This document shows positions 12,342 to 22,361 of a stretch of 64,000 nt of DNA, piece by piece. The notes under the pieces were generated by a model that had not been told where the DNA came from, ran no database searches, and was given only the letters and a program-made list of their open reading frames with translations. The stretch's first letter is position 1. The number at the start of each line of letters is the position of its first letter. The stretch lies in NCBI GenBank assembly GCA_963768655.1, contig CAVYIM010000006.1:160001-224000 (forward strand), written 5' to 3'. This DNA is from an uncultured Chloroflexia bacterium (GTDB taxonomy: Bacteria > Chloroflexota > Limnocylindria > Limnocylindrales > CSP1-4). Both the position numbers and the translations under genes were made by a program.

Positions 12342-13472
12342 TCAGGCCGTGGGCGACGGTTCGACCGTGGGCGACGGTTCGACCGTGGTGGACGGCGCCG
12401 GCGTCGGTCGCGGCGGACCGTTCTGCAGGGCCGCCATCACGCCGGCAAGCCGGCCGTCGAATCCGGACGGCATGGGCTTGCCAAAGTCGCTCAGCGTGAT
12501 CCCGCCGGCCGCTACGTCGAACATGATCGTTGCCGGCAGCGTGTCCCTGGCCGCGTAGCGCAGGACCGCCTGGCTCGCAGCCACGTCGTAGCGCTTGAGC
12601 ACGCTTACGACGAGGCACGGTTTGACGTCCGGCAGGACGAGGCTGGCGTCCGTGTCCAGCGCCACGACGCCGGCTTTCCTGGCACAGGCCTCGCGGATGA
12701 CGCCGGCTCCGGTGAGATCGGGCATGGCCAGGATCACATCGGCCTTGCCCTTGATGAGCCCGTCTGTCACGGCCCGACCCGTCGCCGGGTCGTTCGACCT
12801 GTTGGCGTACGCGACGGTCACCTGGACGTCCGGGTTTGCCTCTTCGGCGCCGTTCCGGAAGCCGTTGGCGTAGTTGGCCGTCCGCACGTCAGTCGCCGTG
12901 AAGCCGACCATGCCGATCGTGCCGGTGCTCGTGACCGAGCCGGCCACGAACCCCGCCAGGTATCCCGCCTCGGCCTCATCGAAGACCAGCCCGTGGACGT
13001 TGGACGGGGCGCCGTCCGGGATCGTCTGGTCCAGCTCGAAGAACTGAGTGGTCGTGTTGCCCGCGGCGGCGTCGAGCACCGCCTGGGCCGCCTCGGGACC
13101 GACGGTCACGACGACGGTCGACCCTTCATCGGAGGCCTTCTGCACCGCGGCCGTGAGGTCGGCCATCGAAGCGGGCGTGACGAGCGTCGGCGTGGCACCC
13201 AGCCGCCCGGCCGCATCCTGGATACCCTGCCAGGCGAGCTCGCTCGGCGTGCCGTCGCCGGACTCACCGATGGCCGAGATCAGGACGACCGACGCGACGG
13301 CGTTCGTCGGGGCTGGAGTTGGCGGGGCCGGCGTCGGCGTCGCGGTGGGACCGAGGGTGGGCGTGGTCGCCGGGCCGGTGGACGTCGGTGTCGGTGGCTT
13401 CGGTGGGTTGGAGAAGAAGCTGCAGCCCGAGACCAGGGCGGCGGCGGCCACGATGGCGCATGTAATTGCCAT
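12342..13472 (-). CDS. BMP family ABC-transporter substrate-binding lipoprotein
   Basis: Lipobox LVSGC, Pro/Thr linker, FDEAEAGYLAG, SVLKRYD. Confidence 0.85.
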   Translation of the reverse strand: MAITCAIVAAAALVSGCSFFSNPPKPPTPTSTGPATTPTLGPTATPTPAPPTPAPTNAVASVVLISAIGESGDGTPSELAWQGIQDAAGRLGATPTLVTPASMADLTAAVQKASDEGSTVVVTVGPEAAQAVLDAAAGNTTTQFFELDQTIPDGAPSNVHGLVFDEAEAGYLAGFVAGSVTSTGTIGMVGFTATDVRTANYANGFRNGAEEANPDVQVTVAYANRSNDPATGRAVTDGLIKGKADVILAMPDLTGAGVIREACARKAGVVALDTDASLVLPDVKPCLVVSVLKRYDVAASQAVLRYAARDTLPATIMFDVAAGGITLSDFGKPMPSGFDGRLAGVMAALQNGPPRPTPAPSTTVEPSPTVEPSPTA

Positions 13473-13695
13473 GGGGGACCCGGATCGGGACGTACGGCTC
13501 AGCGTGAGGCTCCTTAGGTGGATGCGTTGGCGCGATTGTACGTAGGCGAGGTCTTTCTGGGGCGGCGTGCGGCGTCTCACATGGCGGCGCCTGAGCCAGG
13601 CGGTTTCGCGGAGGGGATCGGCCGGTTGCCGGATGGGCGGCGCTCGCCGGGGCGGCTAGCATGGCGACATCGCGGGAGCAGTCGAGGAGAACGAC

Positions 13696-14640
13696 ATCGA
13701 ACCCAGGGACGAACGCATCGAAGTTGCCGGCCGCCTCAGCCTGCGGGTACTGCGCTGGGAGCCCGGGGCCGGCGCTGATCCGCCCGCCCGGCCCGCGGCC
13801 AGTGCCGGTGCTGGCCCGGAGCCTGCGGGGGATGGCGCGCCGTTCCTGCTCGTCCACGGTCTGGCCTCCAATGCCCGGCTCTGGGACGGAGTCGCTCCGC
13901 GGTTGGCCGCGGCCGGGCACCGCGTGGCCGCCGTCGACCTCCGCGGCCACGGCCGTTCCGACAAGCCGGACGGCGGCTACGACTTCGCCACGATCTCGGA
14001 GGACTTGCGGGCGCTCATTGCCGGACTCGGGTTCGAGCGGCCGGTCCTCGTCGGCCAGTCGTGGGGCGCCGGCGTCGCCCTCGATTTCGCCGTCCGGCAT
14101 CCAGGACTTACCCGCGGCATCGTCCTGGTGGACGGCGGATTGACGGACCTGCGCGACGCCTTCCCGACGTGGGAGATCTGCTGGGAGCGCCTGGCCCCGC
14201 CTCAGCTCGTGGGCCTGCCGCTGAGCGACGTGGAGGGCTACTTCCACCAGAACCACGCCGACTGGCCGGCCGAGGGGCTGGAGGGTTCGCTGGCCAACTT
14301 CGAGATCCGGCCGGACCTGACCATAGCCCCGTGGTTGACGCGCGAGCACCACAGGGCCATCCTCGAATCGATGTGGGGTCAGCGAACTGCCGATCTCTGG
14401 GCCGCGCTCCGAGTGCCGGCTCTGGTCGTTCCCGTGGACGGCGGCGAGGGCGACTGGACGAAGGCGAAGCGCGCCGGGGCGGACGCGGCCGAGGCGGCGA
14501 TGCGTTCCGCCGGCGTGCCGTGTCGGGTGCAGTGGTTCCGCGGCGATCACGACATCCATGCCCAGCACCCGGCTGAAGTGGCGGAGGGGCTGCTTGCGGC
14601 GGATCGTGACGGCCTCTTCTCCGGGGCCGTTCCGGCGTGA
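13696..14640 (+). CDS. alpha/beta hydrolase
   Basis: LLVHGLASN, VDLRGHGRSD, GQSWG nucleophile, GDHD. The frame is open back to a TAG at 13657-13659; the best start is an ATC at 13696 after GAGGAG (start uncertain). Confidence 0.85.
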   Translation: MEPRDERIEVAGRLSLRVLRWEPGAGADPPARPAASAGAGPEPAGDGAPFLLVHGLASNARLWDGVAPRLAAAGHRVAAVDLRGHGRSDKPDGGYDFATISEDLRALIAGLGFERPVLVGQSWGAGVALDFAVRHPGLTRGIVLVDGGLTDLRDAFPTWEICWERLAPPQLVGLPLSDVEGYFHQNHADWPAEGLEGSLANFEIRPDLTIAPWLTREHHRAILESMWGQRTADLWAALRVPALVVPVDGGEGDWTKAKRAGADAAEAAMRSAGVPCRVQWFRGDHDIHAQHPAEVAEGLLAADRDGLFSGAVPA

Positions 14641-15932
14641 GCTCCGCCGTCCTGCCGCGCATCCTCACGATCATGGGCTCGGGCGAGACGACGCCCACGA
14701 TGGCCCGCGCCCATCGCGCCGTCCTCGATCGGCTGGGGGAGCGGCCGGTGCCGGCGGTCTTGCTCGATACGCCGTACGGCTTCCAGGAGAACGCCGACGA
14801 CATATCCGATCGCGCTCTCGACTACTTCCGAGACAGCGTCGGGAATCCCTTCACCGTCGCCACGTTCCGTTCGGCCGACGTCGATGCGCTGGTCCGCGAG
14901 ACCGCCCAGGTTCGGATCCGTGAGGCGCGACTTGCGTTCGCGGGGCCCGGCAGCCCCACCTACGCGCTGAGGCAATGGGCCGGCACGGAGATACCGCGCC
15001 TGTTGGCCGCGAAGCTCGCGCCGGGCTCGCCTGGCGGCGCCGTGACCATGGCAAGCGCGGCGGCGCTCACCCTGGGCCGCTTCACCATCCCGGTCTACGA
15101 GGTATACAAGGTCGGCGAGGCGCCCCGGTGGCTTCCCGGGTTGGATCTGCTTACGCCTCTGGGCCTCTCTGTGGCGGTAGTCCCTCACTACGACAACGCC
15201 GAGGGCGGCAACCACGACACCCGCTTCTGCTACATGGGCGAACGGCGGCTGCGCGTCCTAGAGGCCGATCTTCCGGACGACGTCTTCATCCTGGGCGTTG
15301 ACGGGCACACGGCCCTGGTCATGGACCTGGACGCCGGATCGGCGTCGGTTCTGGGCCTGGGCACGGTCACCGTACGCAAGGACGGCCGGAGCACGGTCTT
15401 CTCGGCCGGGTCCGAGGTGGCGATCGCGGAGCTCGTCGAGGCTGCTTCCGCGGCCGACCGGGGCACCGTGGCAAGCCAGCCGCCGGCCGCCCCTTCGATC
15501 GGCGTTCTGGCCGAGGCTTCGTCCTCGCGTCCGCTTCGTGAGGAGGTGGCGAACCTCGAGCGCATCTTCCAGACCTCGCTCGACGAGTGCGACGCTCCGG
15601 CCGCCGTCCGGGCGATCCTCGCGCTGGAGGAGACGATCCAAGCCTGGTCGCGCGACACAGACCAGTCCGACGCGCTGGCCGGGGCCCGCTCGGCCCTGCG
15701 GGCTGCGATCGTCTGCCTGGGCGAGATGGCGGTGGCGGGCTCACGGGATCCGGCGGAGACGGTCGGCCCGTTCGTCGAAGCCCTGCTGGCCGAGCGCCTG
15801 CGCGCCCGTGAGGCCCGCGACTGGGCCGCCGCCGACGCCATCCGCGACCGGCTGCTGGCCGCGGGCGTCGAGCTCCACGACACGCCCGACGGCACCAGGT
15901 GGGAGTTGCGCCCGGCTGCGCCGGCGAGCTGA
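14637..15932 (+). CDS. peptidase S51/class I glutamine amidotransferase-like protein fused to a CysRS C-terminal-like domain
   Basis: IMGSGET, FAGPGSPTY, ASAAA, VPHYDN, LGVDGHTAL; tail RAREARDWAAADAIRDRLLAAGVELHDTPDGTRW. Confidence 0.75.
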   Translation: MSSAVLPRILTIMGSGETTPTMARAHRAVLDRLGERPVPAVLLDTPYGFQENADDISDRALDYFRDSVGNPFTVATFRSADVDALVRETAQVRIREARLAFAGPGSPTYALRQWAGTEIPRLLAAKLAPGSPGGAVTMASAAALTLGRFTIPVYEVYKVGEAPRWLPGLDLLTPLGLSVAVVPHYDNAEGGNHDTRFCYMGERRLRVLEADLPDDVFILGVDGHTALVMDLDAGSASVLGLGTVTVRKDGRSTVFSAGSEVAIAELVEAASAADRGTVASQPPAAPSIGVLAEASSSRPLREEVANLERIFQTSLDECDAPAAVRAILALEETIQAWSRDTDQSDALAGARSALRAAIVCLGEMAVAGSRDPAETVGPFVEALLAERLRAREARDWAAADAIRDRLLAAGVELHDTPDGTRWELRPAAPAS

Positions 15933-16035
15933 GAGCGCAGGCAGCGCCGCTCGCCCGACGCCGCGGCCGACATCGAGTCGCTCGCCGCCTGCCGACAGCT
16001 CGTGACTCCCCGCCGACGCGGTACCCTTACCTCCC

Positions 16036-19000
16036 GTGACAGTCGCGCCGAATGACTTCGTCCACTTGCACCTCCATTCCGAGTTCAGCCTGCTCGATGG
16101 GCTCGGGCGCATCAACGAGCTTGCCGACCAGGGATCGGCGCTCGGCTTCGACGCGATGGCGATCACCGACCACGGCGCCCTCTACGGAGCCGTGGCGTTC
16201 GTCCAGGCGACGACCGCGCGGGGCATCAAGCCGATCGTCGGGGTCGAGACCTACGTGGCCCGGCGAAGCATGCGCGACAAGGAGGGCAAGGCCGACAGCC
16301 AGCCCTTCCACCTCGTCCTGCTGGCCGAGAACTGGGAGGGCTACCAGAATCTCTGCCGTCTGATCACCGACGCCCATCTTGACGGTTACTACTACAGGCC
16401 GCGGATCGATCATGAACACCTGGCGAAGCATTCGAAGGGCCTGATCGGCCTGTCGGCCTGTCTCAGCGGCGAGGTGGCCAGGGCGCTCGAGGTCGACGAC
16501 TGGGACCTGGCCCGCAAGACCGCCGGCGACTACCGCGACATCTTCGGCCGGGACCGCTTCTTCCTCGAGTTGCAGGACCACGGCCTGCCCGACCAGCGGG
16601 TGCTCAATCCCAAGCTGCTCCGCCTCGCCCCCGAAGTCGGGCTCGACCTCGTCGTCACCAACGACCTGCACTACGTCCGCCGGGAGCAGCACGACGCCCA
16701 CGACGTGCTGCTGTGCGTGGGTACGGGCAGCAATCTGGACACGCCCGGGCGGATGCGGTTCGACTCGAACGAGTTCTACCTGAAGTCGGCGGCCGAGATG
16801 GCCGCGCTCTTCCCGGACAACCTCGACGCCATCCGTCGCACCCGTGCCATTGCCGAGATGGTCAGTTTGAAGCTGCCGTTCGGCCAGCTCCGGATTCCGT
16901 CATTCCCGGTCCCCGAGGGCGAGACCATCGAGAGCTGGCTGCGCAAGGAGTGCCAGGCCGGCCTGGCCCGCCGCTACGGCACCGTCACGCCCGAGCTCCA
17001 GGCCCGCCTCGACTACGAGCTCGATGTCATCTGCCGCATGGGCTACGCCGGCTACTTTCTGATCGTGGCCGACTTCACGAAGTTCGCCCGCGACCAGCAC
17101 ATCGCCATCACCGTCCGCGGCTCCGCGCCCGGGTCCATCGTGACCTACACCCTGGGCATCACGCCGGTCGACCCGATCCACTACCAGCTGCCGTTCGAGC
17201 GCTTCCTCAATCCCGACCGCGTGACGATGCCTGATATCGACGTCGACTTCGAGGACGGGCGGCGCGAGGAAGTCATCAACTACGTCAGCCGCAAGTACGG
17301 CGCCGATCACGTGGCCCAGATCATCACCTTCGGCACCATGCTCGCTCGGGCCGCCATTCGTGACGTGGCCCGGGTCGTCGGCATGAGCTACGGCGAGGGC
17401 GACCGCATTGCCAAGGCGGTCCCGAACCAGCTCGGAATCAGGCTGGACGAGGCGATCGAGATGAGCCCGGTGCTCAAGGAGATGTACCAGAGCGAGCCGC
17501 CGGTGCATCGCGTCATCGAATTCGCCAGGCAGCTGGAAGGCGTGGCCCGGAACGCCTCGACACACGCGGCCGGCGTCGTCATCAGCCGCGAGCCGCTGAC
17601 CGAGCTGATGCCTCTGCAGCGCGCGACCAACTCAGACGCGGTCATGACCCAGTACGAGATGCATGGCGTCGACGCGCTGGGCCTGCTCAAGTTCGACTTC
17701 CTGGGGCTCTCGAACCTGACCATCCTGCGCCAGGCGGTCGACCTGATTCGCGAACACCGCGGGCAGGAGATCGACCTCGAGAAGATCCCGCTCGACGACT
17801 CGAAGACCTTCGAGCTGCTGGCCTCGGGCGAGACGACCGGCGTGTTCCAGCTCGAGTCGGCGGGAATGCGGCGCTACATCCGTGAGCTCCGGCCGAGCAC
17901 TGTGTTCGACCTGGCGGCCATGGTCGCGCTCTACCGCCCCGGCCCGATGGACAACATCCCGGCCTACATCCGGCGCAAGCACGGCGAAGAGAAGGTTACC
18001 TACCTGCATCCGCTCCTCGAGCCATATCTCAATCGAACGTACGGCGTCTTCGTCTACCAGGAAGACATCATGTCCGCCTCGACCGCCCTGGCCGGCTTCA
18101 CCGGTCCCGAGGCCGACATGCTCGGCTACGCGATCCGCAAGAAGAAGGCCGCTCTCATGAACGAGATGCGCCACAAGTTCGTCACCCAGGCCGCCGAGCG
18201 GGGCGTCAAGCCGCAGGTGATCGACGCCGTCTTCGCCGCCTTCCAGCCCTTCGAGCGCTACGGCTTCAACAAGGCTCACGCCACCTGCTACGGGCTGATC
18301 GCTTACCAGACGGCGTACTTGAAGGCGAACTACACGGTCGAATACATGACCAGCGTCCTGACGGCTTTCCGAGACAACGAAGAGAAGGTCGCCGCCGCCG
18401 TCGCCGAATGCAGGCGCCTGGGCATCGAAGTCAGGCCGCCCGACGTCCACCGCTCGTTCGTCGAGTTCACGGTCGAAGACGACGCCATCCGGTTCGGCCT
18501 GCTGGCTGTCAAGAACGTCGGCGAGGGCGCGATCGAATCGATCATCGCGGCGCGTCAGGCCGATGGCGACTTCCGGTCGCTGGCCGACTTCTGCGCCCGG
18601 GTCGATCTCCGGCTGGTGAACCGGCGCGTCCTCGAGTCGCTGGTCAAGGTTGGCGCGATGAATCGGTTCGGGCATCCGGCCCAGCTGCTCGAGGCGCTCG
18701 ACGACGCGCTTGCCGCCGGCCAGGCCGCCCAGCGCGACCGGACCAGCGGCCAGACGGCGCTCTTCGACATGGGTTCGTCGCCGGAAGCCCTGGAGCGACC
18801 CCTGCCGGCGGTTCCCGAGGCGCTTTCTCGCGAACGGCTGCGCTGGGAGAAAGAGCTGCTCGGGCTGTACCTGTCGGAGCATCCGCTCGGCGCGCTGGCG
18901 GAGCAGATCGCCCAGTACGTGACCGCGTACTCCGGGGACCTCAAGGATGAGTCGCTCGATGGCCAGCGCGTCGTGATGGGCGGCATCGTCACCGGGCTGC

Positions 19001-20001
19001 GGACGGTGGTCACGCGGAGCAAGGAGACCATGGCCGTCGCCACGCTCGAAGACCTGCAGGGGACGCTCGAGGTGGTCGTCTTCCCGCGGATGTACGGAAC
19101 CTCCGGCGGCACGTTCGCGGAGGGCGCGATCCTGCTCGTGGCCGGCCGGGTCGACCATCGTGGCGAGGAGGCGTCGTTGCTCGCCGACGCGGTCTGGGTC
19201 TGGGAGGATGCCGCCGCCCGTGGCCCGGCGGCGATTGCCGGAGAAGTTGCCGCGGGGGATCGTGGGAGGGGCGGCAGCCGACGCTGGTCACCGGGGAGCG
19301 GCGCAGGGAGCGGCTCGGGGAGTGGCAACGGGAACGGTAACGGCGGCGGCAACGGGAACGGCTACGGCAACGTCCACCCGAAGCCCACCGCCGGCCCGGC
19401 TCCGGCCGCGCCGCCTCTGCCCATCACGCCGCCCGCGCCCGTCGCCCCCGTCGCGCCCATCGCCCCCGTCGCGCCCAGAGTTCGCGTCTCGCCGCTGCGG
19501 GGCGGTGGAGTGACCGTGCTCGATGCGCCGCCGTCACCCGCGCCGGGCTCCGCCGCGTCCCTGCCGCCCGCGCCGGGAGTGGCTGCGTCGCTGCCGGCGG
19601 AGCCCCTCTCGTCCGCGCCTGCCCCTAAAGACCTGGCTGCCCTGGCGCCCGACCGCGAGGAGCCGCCGCTGCCCGATGAGGCGCGAGACGTTGCGGCCCG
19701 TGCATCCGCGGCGCCCACGACCCCGCTCGAGGCTCCGGAAACGGGCGTCCTCCAGGTACGCTTCACCAGGGGCGCGGACACCGACCGCATCGTGTGGGCG
19801 ATGGAGGAGCTGCGGGCGATGCTCAAGGAACATCCCGGCTCGACACGCGTGGTCTTCCACATCCCGGGGCCCGGTGGAGCAACGCTGCCGCTCGAGATCC
19901 GCAGCGGCGTTGCCTACGACGCCGAGCTTCTCTCTGAGGCCCGTCGGCGCCTGGGGGAGGGTCTGGTCCGCCTCGAGCTCTCGGTCGGGGGCAGGGCGTG
20001 A
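16036..20001 (+). CDS. dnaE: DNA polymerase III alpha subunit
   Basis: PHP domain (HLHLHSEFSLLDG, AITDHG), MPDIDVDF, STHAAGVVI, GLLKFDFLGL, YGFNKAHA, OB fold; no intein seen. Confidence 0.98.
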   Translation: MTVAPNDFVHLHLHSEFSLLDGLGRINELADQGSALGFDAMAITDHGALYGAVAFVQATTARGIKPIVGVETYVARRSMRDKEGKADSQPFHLVLLAENWEGYQNLCRLITDAHLDGYYYRPRIDHEHLAKHSKGLIGLSACLSGEVARALEVDDWDLARKTAGDYRDIFGRDRFFLELQDHGLPDQRVLNPKLLRLAPEVGLDLVVTNDLHYVRREQHDAHDVLLCVGTGSNLDTPGRMRFDSNEFYLKSAAEMAALFPDNLDAIRRTRAIAEMVSLKLPFGQLRIPSFPVPEGETIESWLRKECQAGLARRYGTVTPELQARLDYELDVICRMGYAGYFLIVADFTKFARDQHIAITVRGSAPGSIVTYTLGITPVDPIHYQLPFERFLNPDRVTMPDIDVDFEDGRREEVINYVSRKYGADHVAQIITFGTMLARAAIRDVARVVGMSYGEGDRIAKAVPNQLGIRLDEAIEMSPVLKEMYQSEPPVHRVIEFARQLEGVARNASTHAAGVVISREPLTELMPLQRATNSDAVMTQYEMHGVDALGLLKFDFLGLSNLTILRQAVDLIREHRGQEIDLEKIPLDDSKTFELLASGETTGVFQLESAGMRRYIRELRPSTVFDLAAMVALYRPGPMDNIPAYIRRKHGEEKVTYLHPLLEPYLNRTYGVFVYQEDIMSASTALAGFTGPEADMLGYAIRKKKAALMNEMRHKFVTQAAERGVKPQVIDAVFAAFQPFERYGFNKAHATCYGLIAYQTAYLKANYTVEYMTSVLTAFRDNEEKVAAAVAECRRLGIEVRPPDVHRSFVEFTVEDDAIRFGLLAVKNVGEGAIESIIAARQADGDFRSLADFCARVDLRLVNRRVLESLVKVGAMNRFGHPAQLLEALDDALAAGQAAQRDRTSGQTALFDMGSSPEALERPLPAVPEALSRERLRWEKELLGLYLSEHPLGALAEQIAQYVTAYSGDLKDESLDGQRVVMGGIVTGLRTVVTRSKETMAVATLEDLQGTLEVVVFPRMYGTSGGTFAEGAILLVAGRVDHRGEEASLLADAVWVWEDAAARGPAAIAGEVAAGDRGRGGSRRWSPGSGAGSGSGSGNGNGNGGGNGNGYGNVHPKPTAGPAPAAPPLPITPPAPVAPVAPIAPVAPRVRVSPLRGGGVTVLDAPPSPAPGSAASLPPAPGVAASLPAEPLSSAPAPKDLAALAPDREEPPLPDEARDVAARASAAPTTPLEAPETGVLQVRFTRGADTDRIVWAMEELRAMLKEHPGSTRVVFHIPGPGGATLPLEIRSGVAYDAELLSEARRRLGEGLVRLELSVGGRA

Positions 20002-20162
20002 ACGCACCTCGGGGCGATCCCGATCTGCGGGCGGCCGGGCAGACCCACCGCCTGCTTTCGGGTCGCCGCCGCTACCTCGTCGGCGCCGCGGTCGTGGCTA
20101 TCTGGCTGCTCGTCGCCCTGGTGGTGGGACTGGCCACCGCGAGCGGCGTAGTCTGGTTCTGA
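19998..20162 (+). CDS. 54-aa single-TM protein translationally coupled to dnaE
   Basis: GTG overlaps the dnaE TGA; MNAPRGDPDLRAAGQTHRLLSGRRRYLVGAAVVAIWLLVALVVGLATASGVVWF. Below the ORF-track length cutoff. Confidence 0.55.
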   Translation: MNAPRGDPDLRAAGQTHRLLSGRRRYLVGAAVVAIWLLVALVVGLATASGVVWF

Positions 20163-20373
20163 GGGCGGCGCCGCGCCTGACACGGCTCCTGCGCAACCCT
20201 TCGGCTCGACTCCCGGCTACAATGCGCGCGGCTGCCCCTGCTTGCTCGGCCGTGGTCGACGGGGCAGAGGGGGCAACCGACCCGGCGGAGCCGTCGGGAA
20301 CTCGGGACGACGGCGCCCCCGGGGGCGTCTCAGCGGAAACGTCGCTACCAGCCGGGATCGGGGACGTTTGGCA

Positions 20374-22182
20374 ATGAATGGGCAACAACCATCGCCGGGC
20401 CGAAGGGCCCATCCGGGGGTAGGGGGGACGGCAGGGAAGCGCCAGCGGTCTGTTCCGCCCGCGGTCGCTGCATTCTTCTCGGCCCTGTTTCCCGGGGCCG
20501 GGCAGGCCGTGGCGGGCAGGCCGCGCCGAGGGGCGATCGTGGCCATGCCATTTCTCGTGGTGGTGGCCGCTCTCCTTGTGATCGCCATCGTCGATCGCCA
20601 GAGCGTGGAGAACGGTGCCTTCAACCAGCAGTGGTTGACCAACCTGTTGTTCGTCGACATCCTGGCGCTCATCTACCATCTCTGGGCCGTTTTCAATTCG
20701 TACGTGCTGGCAAGCCGGGGCCAGCCCCGGACGGACCGCAGGAAGACCACCGCCAGGAAGTGGGCGGCTACGTTCGGTGTTCTGGTGATCGTCTCGGGAA
20801 CGGTGGTGTTCCAGCACGCGGCTCTCGCCTCGGTGGACATGGGCTGGCAGCACGATCTTTCATGCTGGTCGGCCCTGACGCCATGCTTCGCCAGCAGCGA
20901 CACGCTCGCTCCGGGCCAGACGATCGCGATGGACTCGAACGATCCAGATGATCAGCAGCTGGCCACCGATACGCCAGACGACACGGGTCCTGTTCCCTCG
21001 AACAGCCCGTCCTTCGACTCCAACGCGACGTTCGACATAAGCGCCCTGCCGTCGATCGCGACAACGCCCGACTCGGTGAACTGGGCTGCGGACGGACAGC
21101 TGAACGTGTTGCTCGTCGGCGTGGACGCAGGGCTCGGGGGCGGGCGCAGCACGGGCCTGAGGCCGGACACCATGATCGTGCTCCACGTCGACATCGCATC
21201 CGGTCGAGCGGCCCTGATCGGCATCCCGCGGAACACGATGTGCGTCCCGCTACCGCAGCAGATCGCGGTGCACTACTCCAGCAGCGTCAACGGCTGCCCC
21301 GCGTATACGTGGCCCTACATGCTCAACTGGCTCGCCAACGACGCGGGATGGAACCACCCAAGCTATTACCCGTTCTTCCAGGGCAGCGGCCTCGAGTACA
21401 CCCGCGCCATGACCGCCACCCAGGAAGCCATCGGAACGCTGACGGGCCTGACGATCGATGGTTTCGTCGTCATCAACCTGATGGGCCTGGTCAATCTCAT
21501 CGACGATGTCGGCGGGATCAACATCACCGTTCCAACTACGGTGGCCGACTACCCCTGCGGTCCGAAAGGCACGTTCCAGTCGAAATGGCGGGTCTGCGAC
21601 CTCAACCCGGGTGCTCCGGCCGGAAGCTCCAGCAAGGTCCACTACGGGTACGAGGTTCCCGAGGACTCGCCTACGGTGATTGCCCACATGATCGCTGATG
21701 CCGCCCAGTCAGGCGGGAAGCAATCGATCTCGTGGAGCTCCGGGGCCGACATAGCCTTCACCATCAAAGCCGGCGCGCAGCATATGGATGGGGATTGGGC
21801 TCTCGCATACGCCCGAACTCGCATCTACTCCAGCGACTACGACCGGATGATGCGCCAGCAGCTGGTTCTCAAGTCCATGCGCAACACCCTCGACCCGTGC
21901 ACGCTGCTGCCACAGATACCCAGCCTCGTCAACAACCTCGGCACGGCGTTCTGGACAAACATGCCACTAGGCGATGCCTCTCAGTGGGCGGGCATGGCCA
22001 AGTACATCGTCGGCGCCAACGTCAAGAGCATCACCCTCGACCCCAAGACGTTGGGGACCAACACCACCTACATCAACGCGACGTCCTGGGCCACCATCAA
22101 GAACCTCGTGGCCCACAGCCTGGACAACGTTCCTCCCGTAAGCGCGAGCGGCGGTGGCGGCGGGAGCGGCTTCAGCTGCTGA
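20374..22182 (+). CDS. LCP (LytR-CpsA-Psr) family cell-wall glycopolymer transferase
   Basis: N-terminal TMs with PGAGQ motif, LNVLLVGVD, RPDTMIV, IGIPRN, ALAYARTR, DYDRMMRQQ. Confidence 0.92.
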   Translation: MNGQQPSPGRRAHPGVGGTAGKRQRSVPPAVAAFFSALFPGAGQAVAGRPRRGAIVAMPFLVVVAALLVIAIVDRQSVENGAFNQQWLTNLLFVDILALIYHLWAVFNSYVLASRGQPRTDRRKTTARKWAATFGVLVIVSGTVVFQHAALASVDMGWQHDLSCWSALTPCFASSDTLAPGQTIAMDSNDPDDQQLATDTPDDTGPVPSNSPSFDSNATFDISALPSIATTPDSVNWAADGQLNVLLVGVDAGLGGGRSTGLRPDTMIVLHVDIASGRAALIGIPRNTMCVPLPQQIAVHYSSSVNGCPAYTWPYMLNWLANDAGWNHPSYYPFFQGSGLEYTRAMTATQEAIGTLTGLTIDGFVVINLMGLVNLIDDVGGINITVPTTVADYPCGPKGTFQSKWRVCDLNPGAPAGSSSKVHYGYEVPEDSPTVIAHMIADAAQSGGKQSISWSSGADIAFTIKAGAQHMDGDWALAYARTRIYSSDYDRMMRQQLVLKSMRNTLDPCTLLPQIPSLVNNLGTAFWTNMPLGDASQWAGMAKYIVGANVKSITLDPKTLGTNTTYINATSWATIKNLVAHSLDNVPPVSASGGGGGSGFSC

Positions 22183-22242
22183 CCTGATCGGAGCCGGGCC
22201 GCGGTTTCCGAGTGCCGTCGATCGGCCGGGCGGATTGGAGTG

Positions 22243-22261
22243 TGGTGCCGACGGCGGGAGT
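22243..22261 (-). repeat. att site (duplicated 3' end of tRNA-Leu)
   Basis: Identical to 29653-29671, including the encoded CCA. Confidence 0.9.
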
Positions 22262-22312
22262 CGGCACGGATAGGGTCCGTTCGTGCTCAGGAGCACCCCG
22301 AAAAGGGCCAGT

Positions 22313-22335
22313 GTGTTCCCATGGGTGTTCCCATC
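22313..22335 (+). repeat. putative integrase arm-type site pair (left)
   Basis: GTGTTCCCATGGGTGTTCCCATC, identical to 29537-29559. Confidence 0.7.
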
Positions 22336-22361
22336 GCGTCCGGAAATGGCGCGCGGAGCCC

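Noticed and set aside
12347-12386. 18-bp tandem repeat
   Set aside because: Encodes the TVEPSP-TVEPSP tail of the BMP lipoprotein; an ordinary low-complexity linker.
14637-15932. Cysteinyl-tRNA synthetase
   Set aside because: Only the C-terminal motif resembles CysRS; the HIGH/KMSKS catalytic domain is absent.
16036-20001. Intein in DnaE
   Set aside because: No C...HN splice motifs or LAGLIDADG blocks; the extra length is a low-complexity linker.
22243-22261. Second tRNA gene
   Set aside because: Only the 3' 19 nt are present; this is the att duplication.
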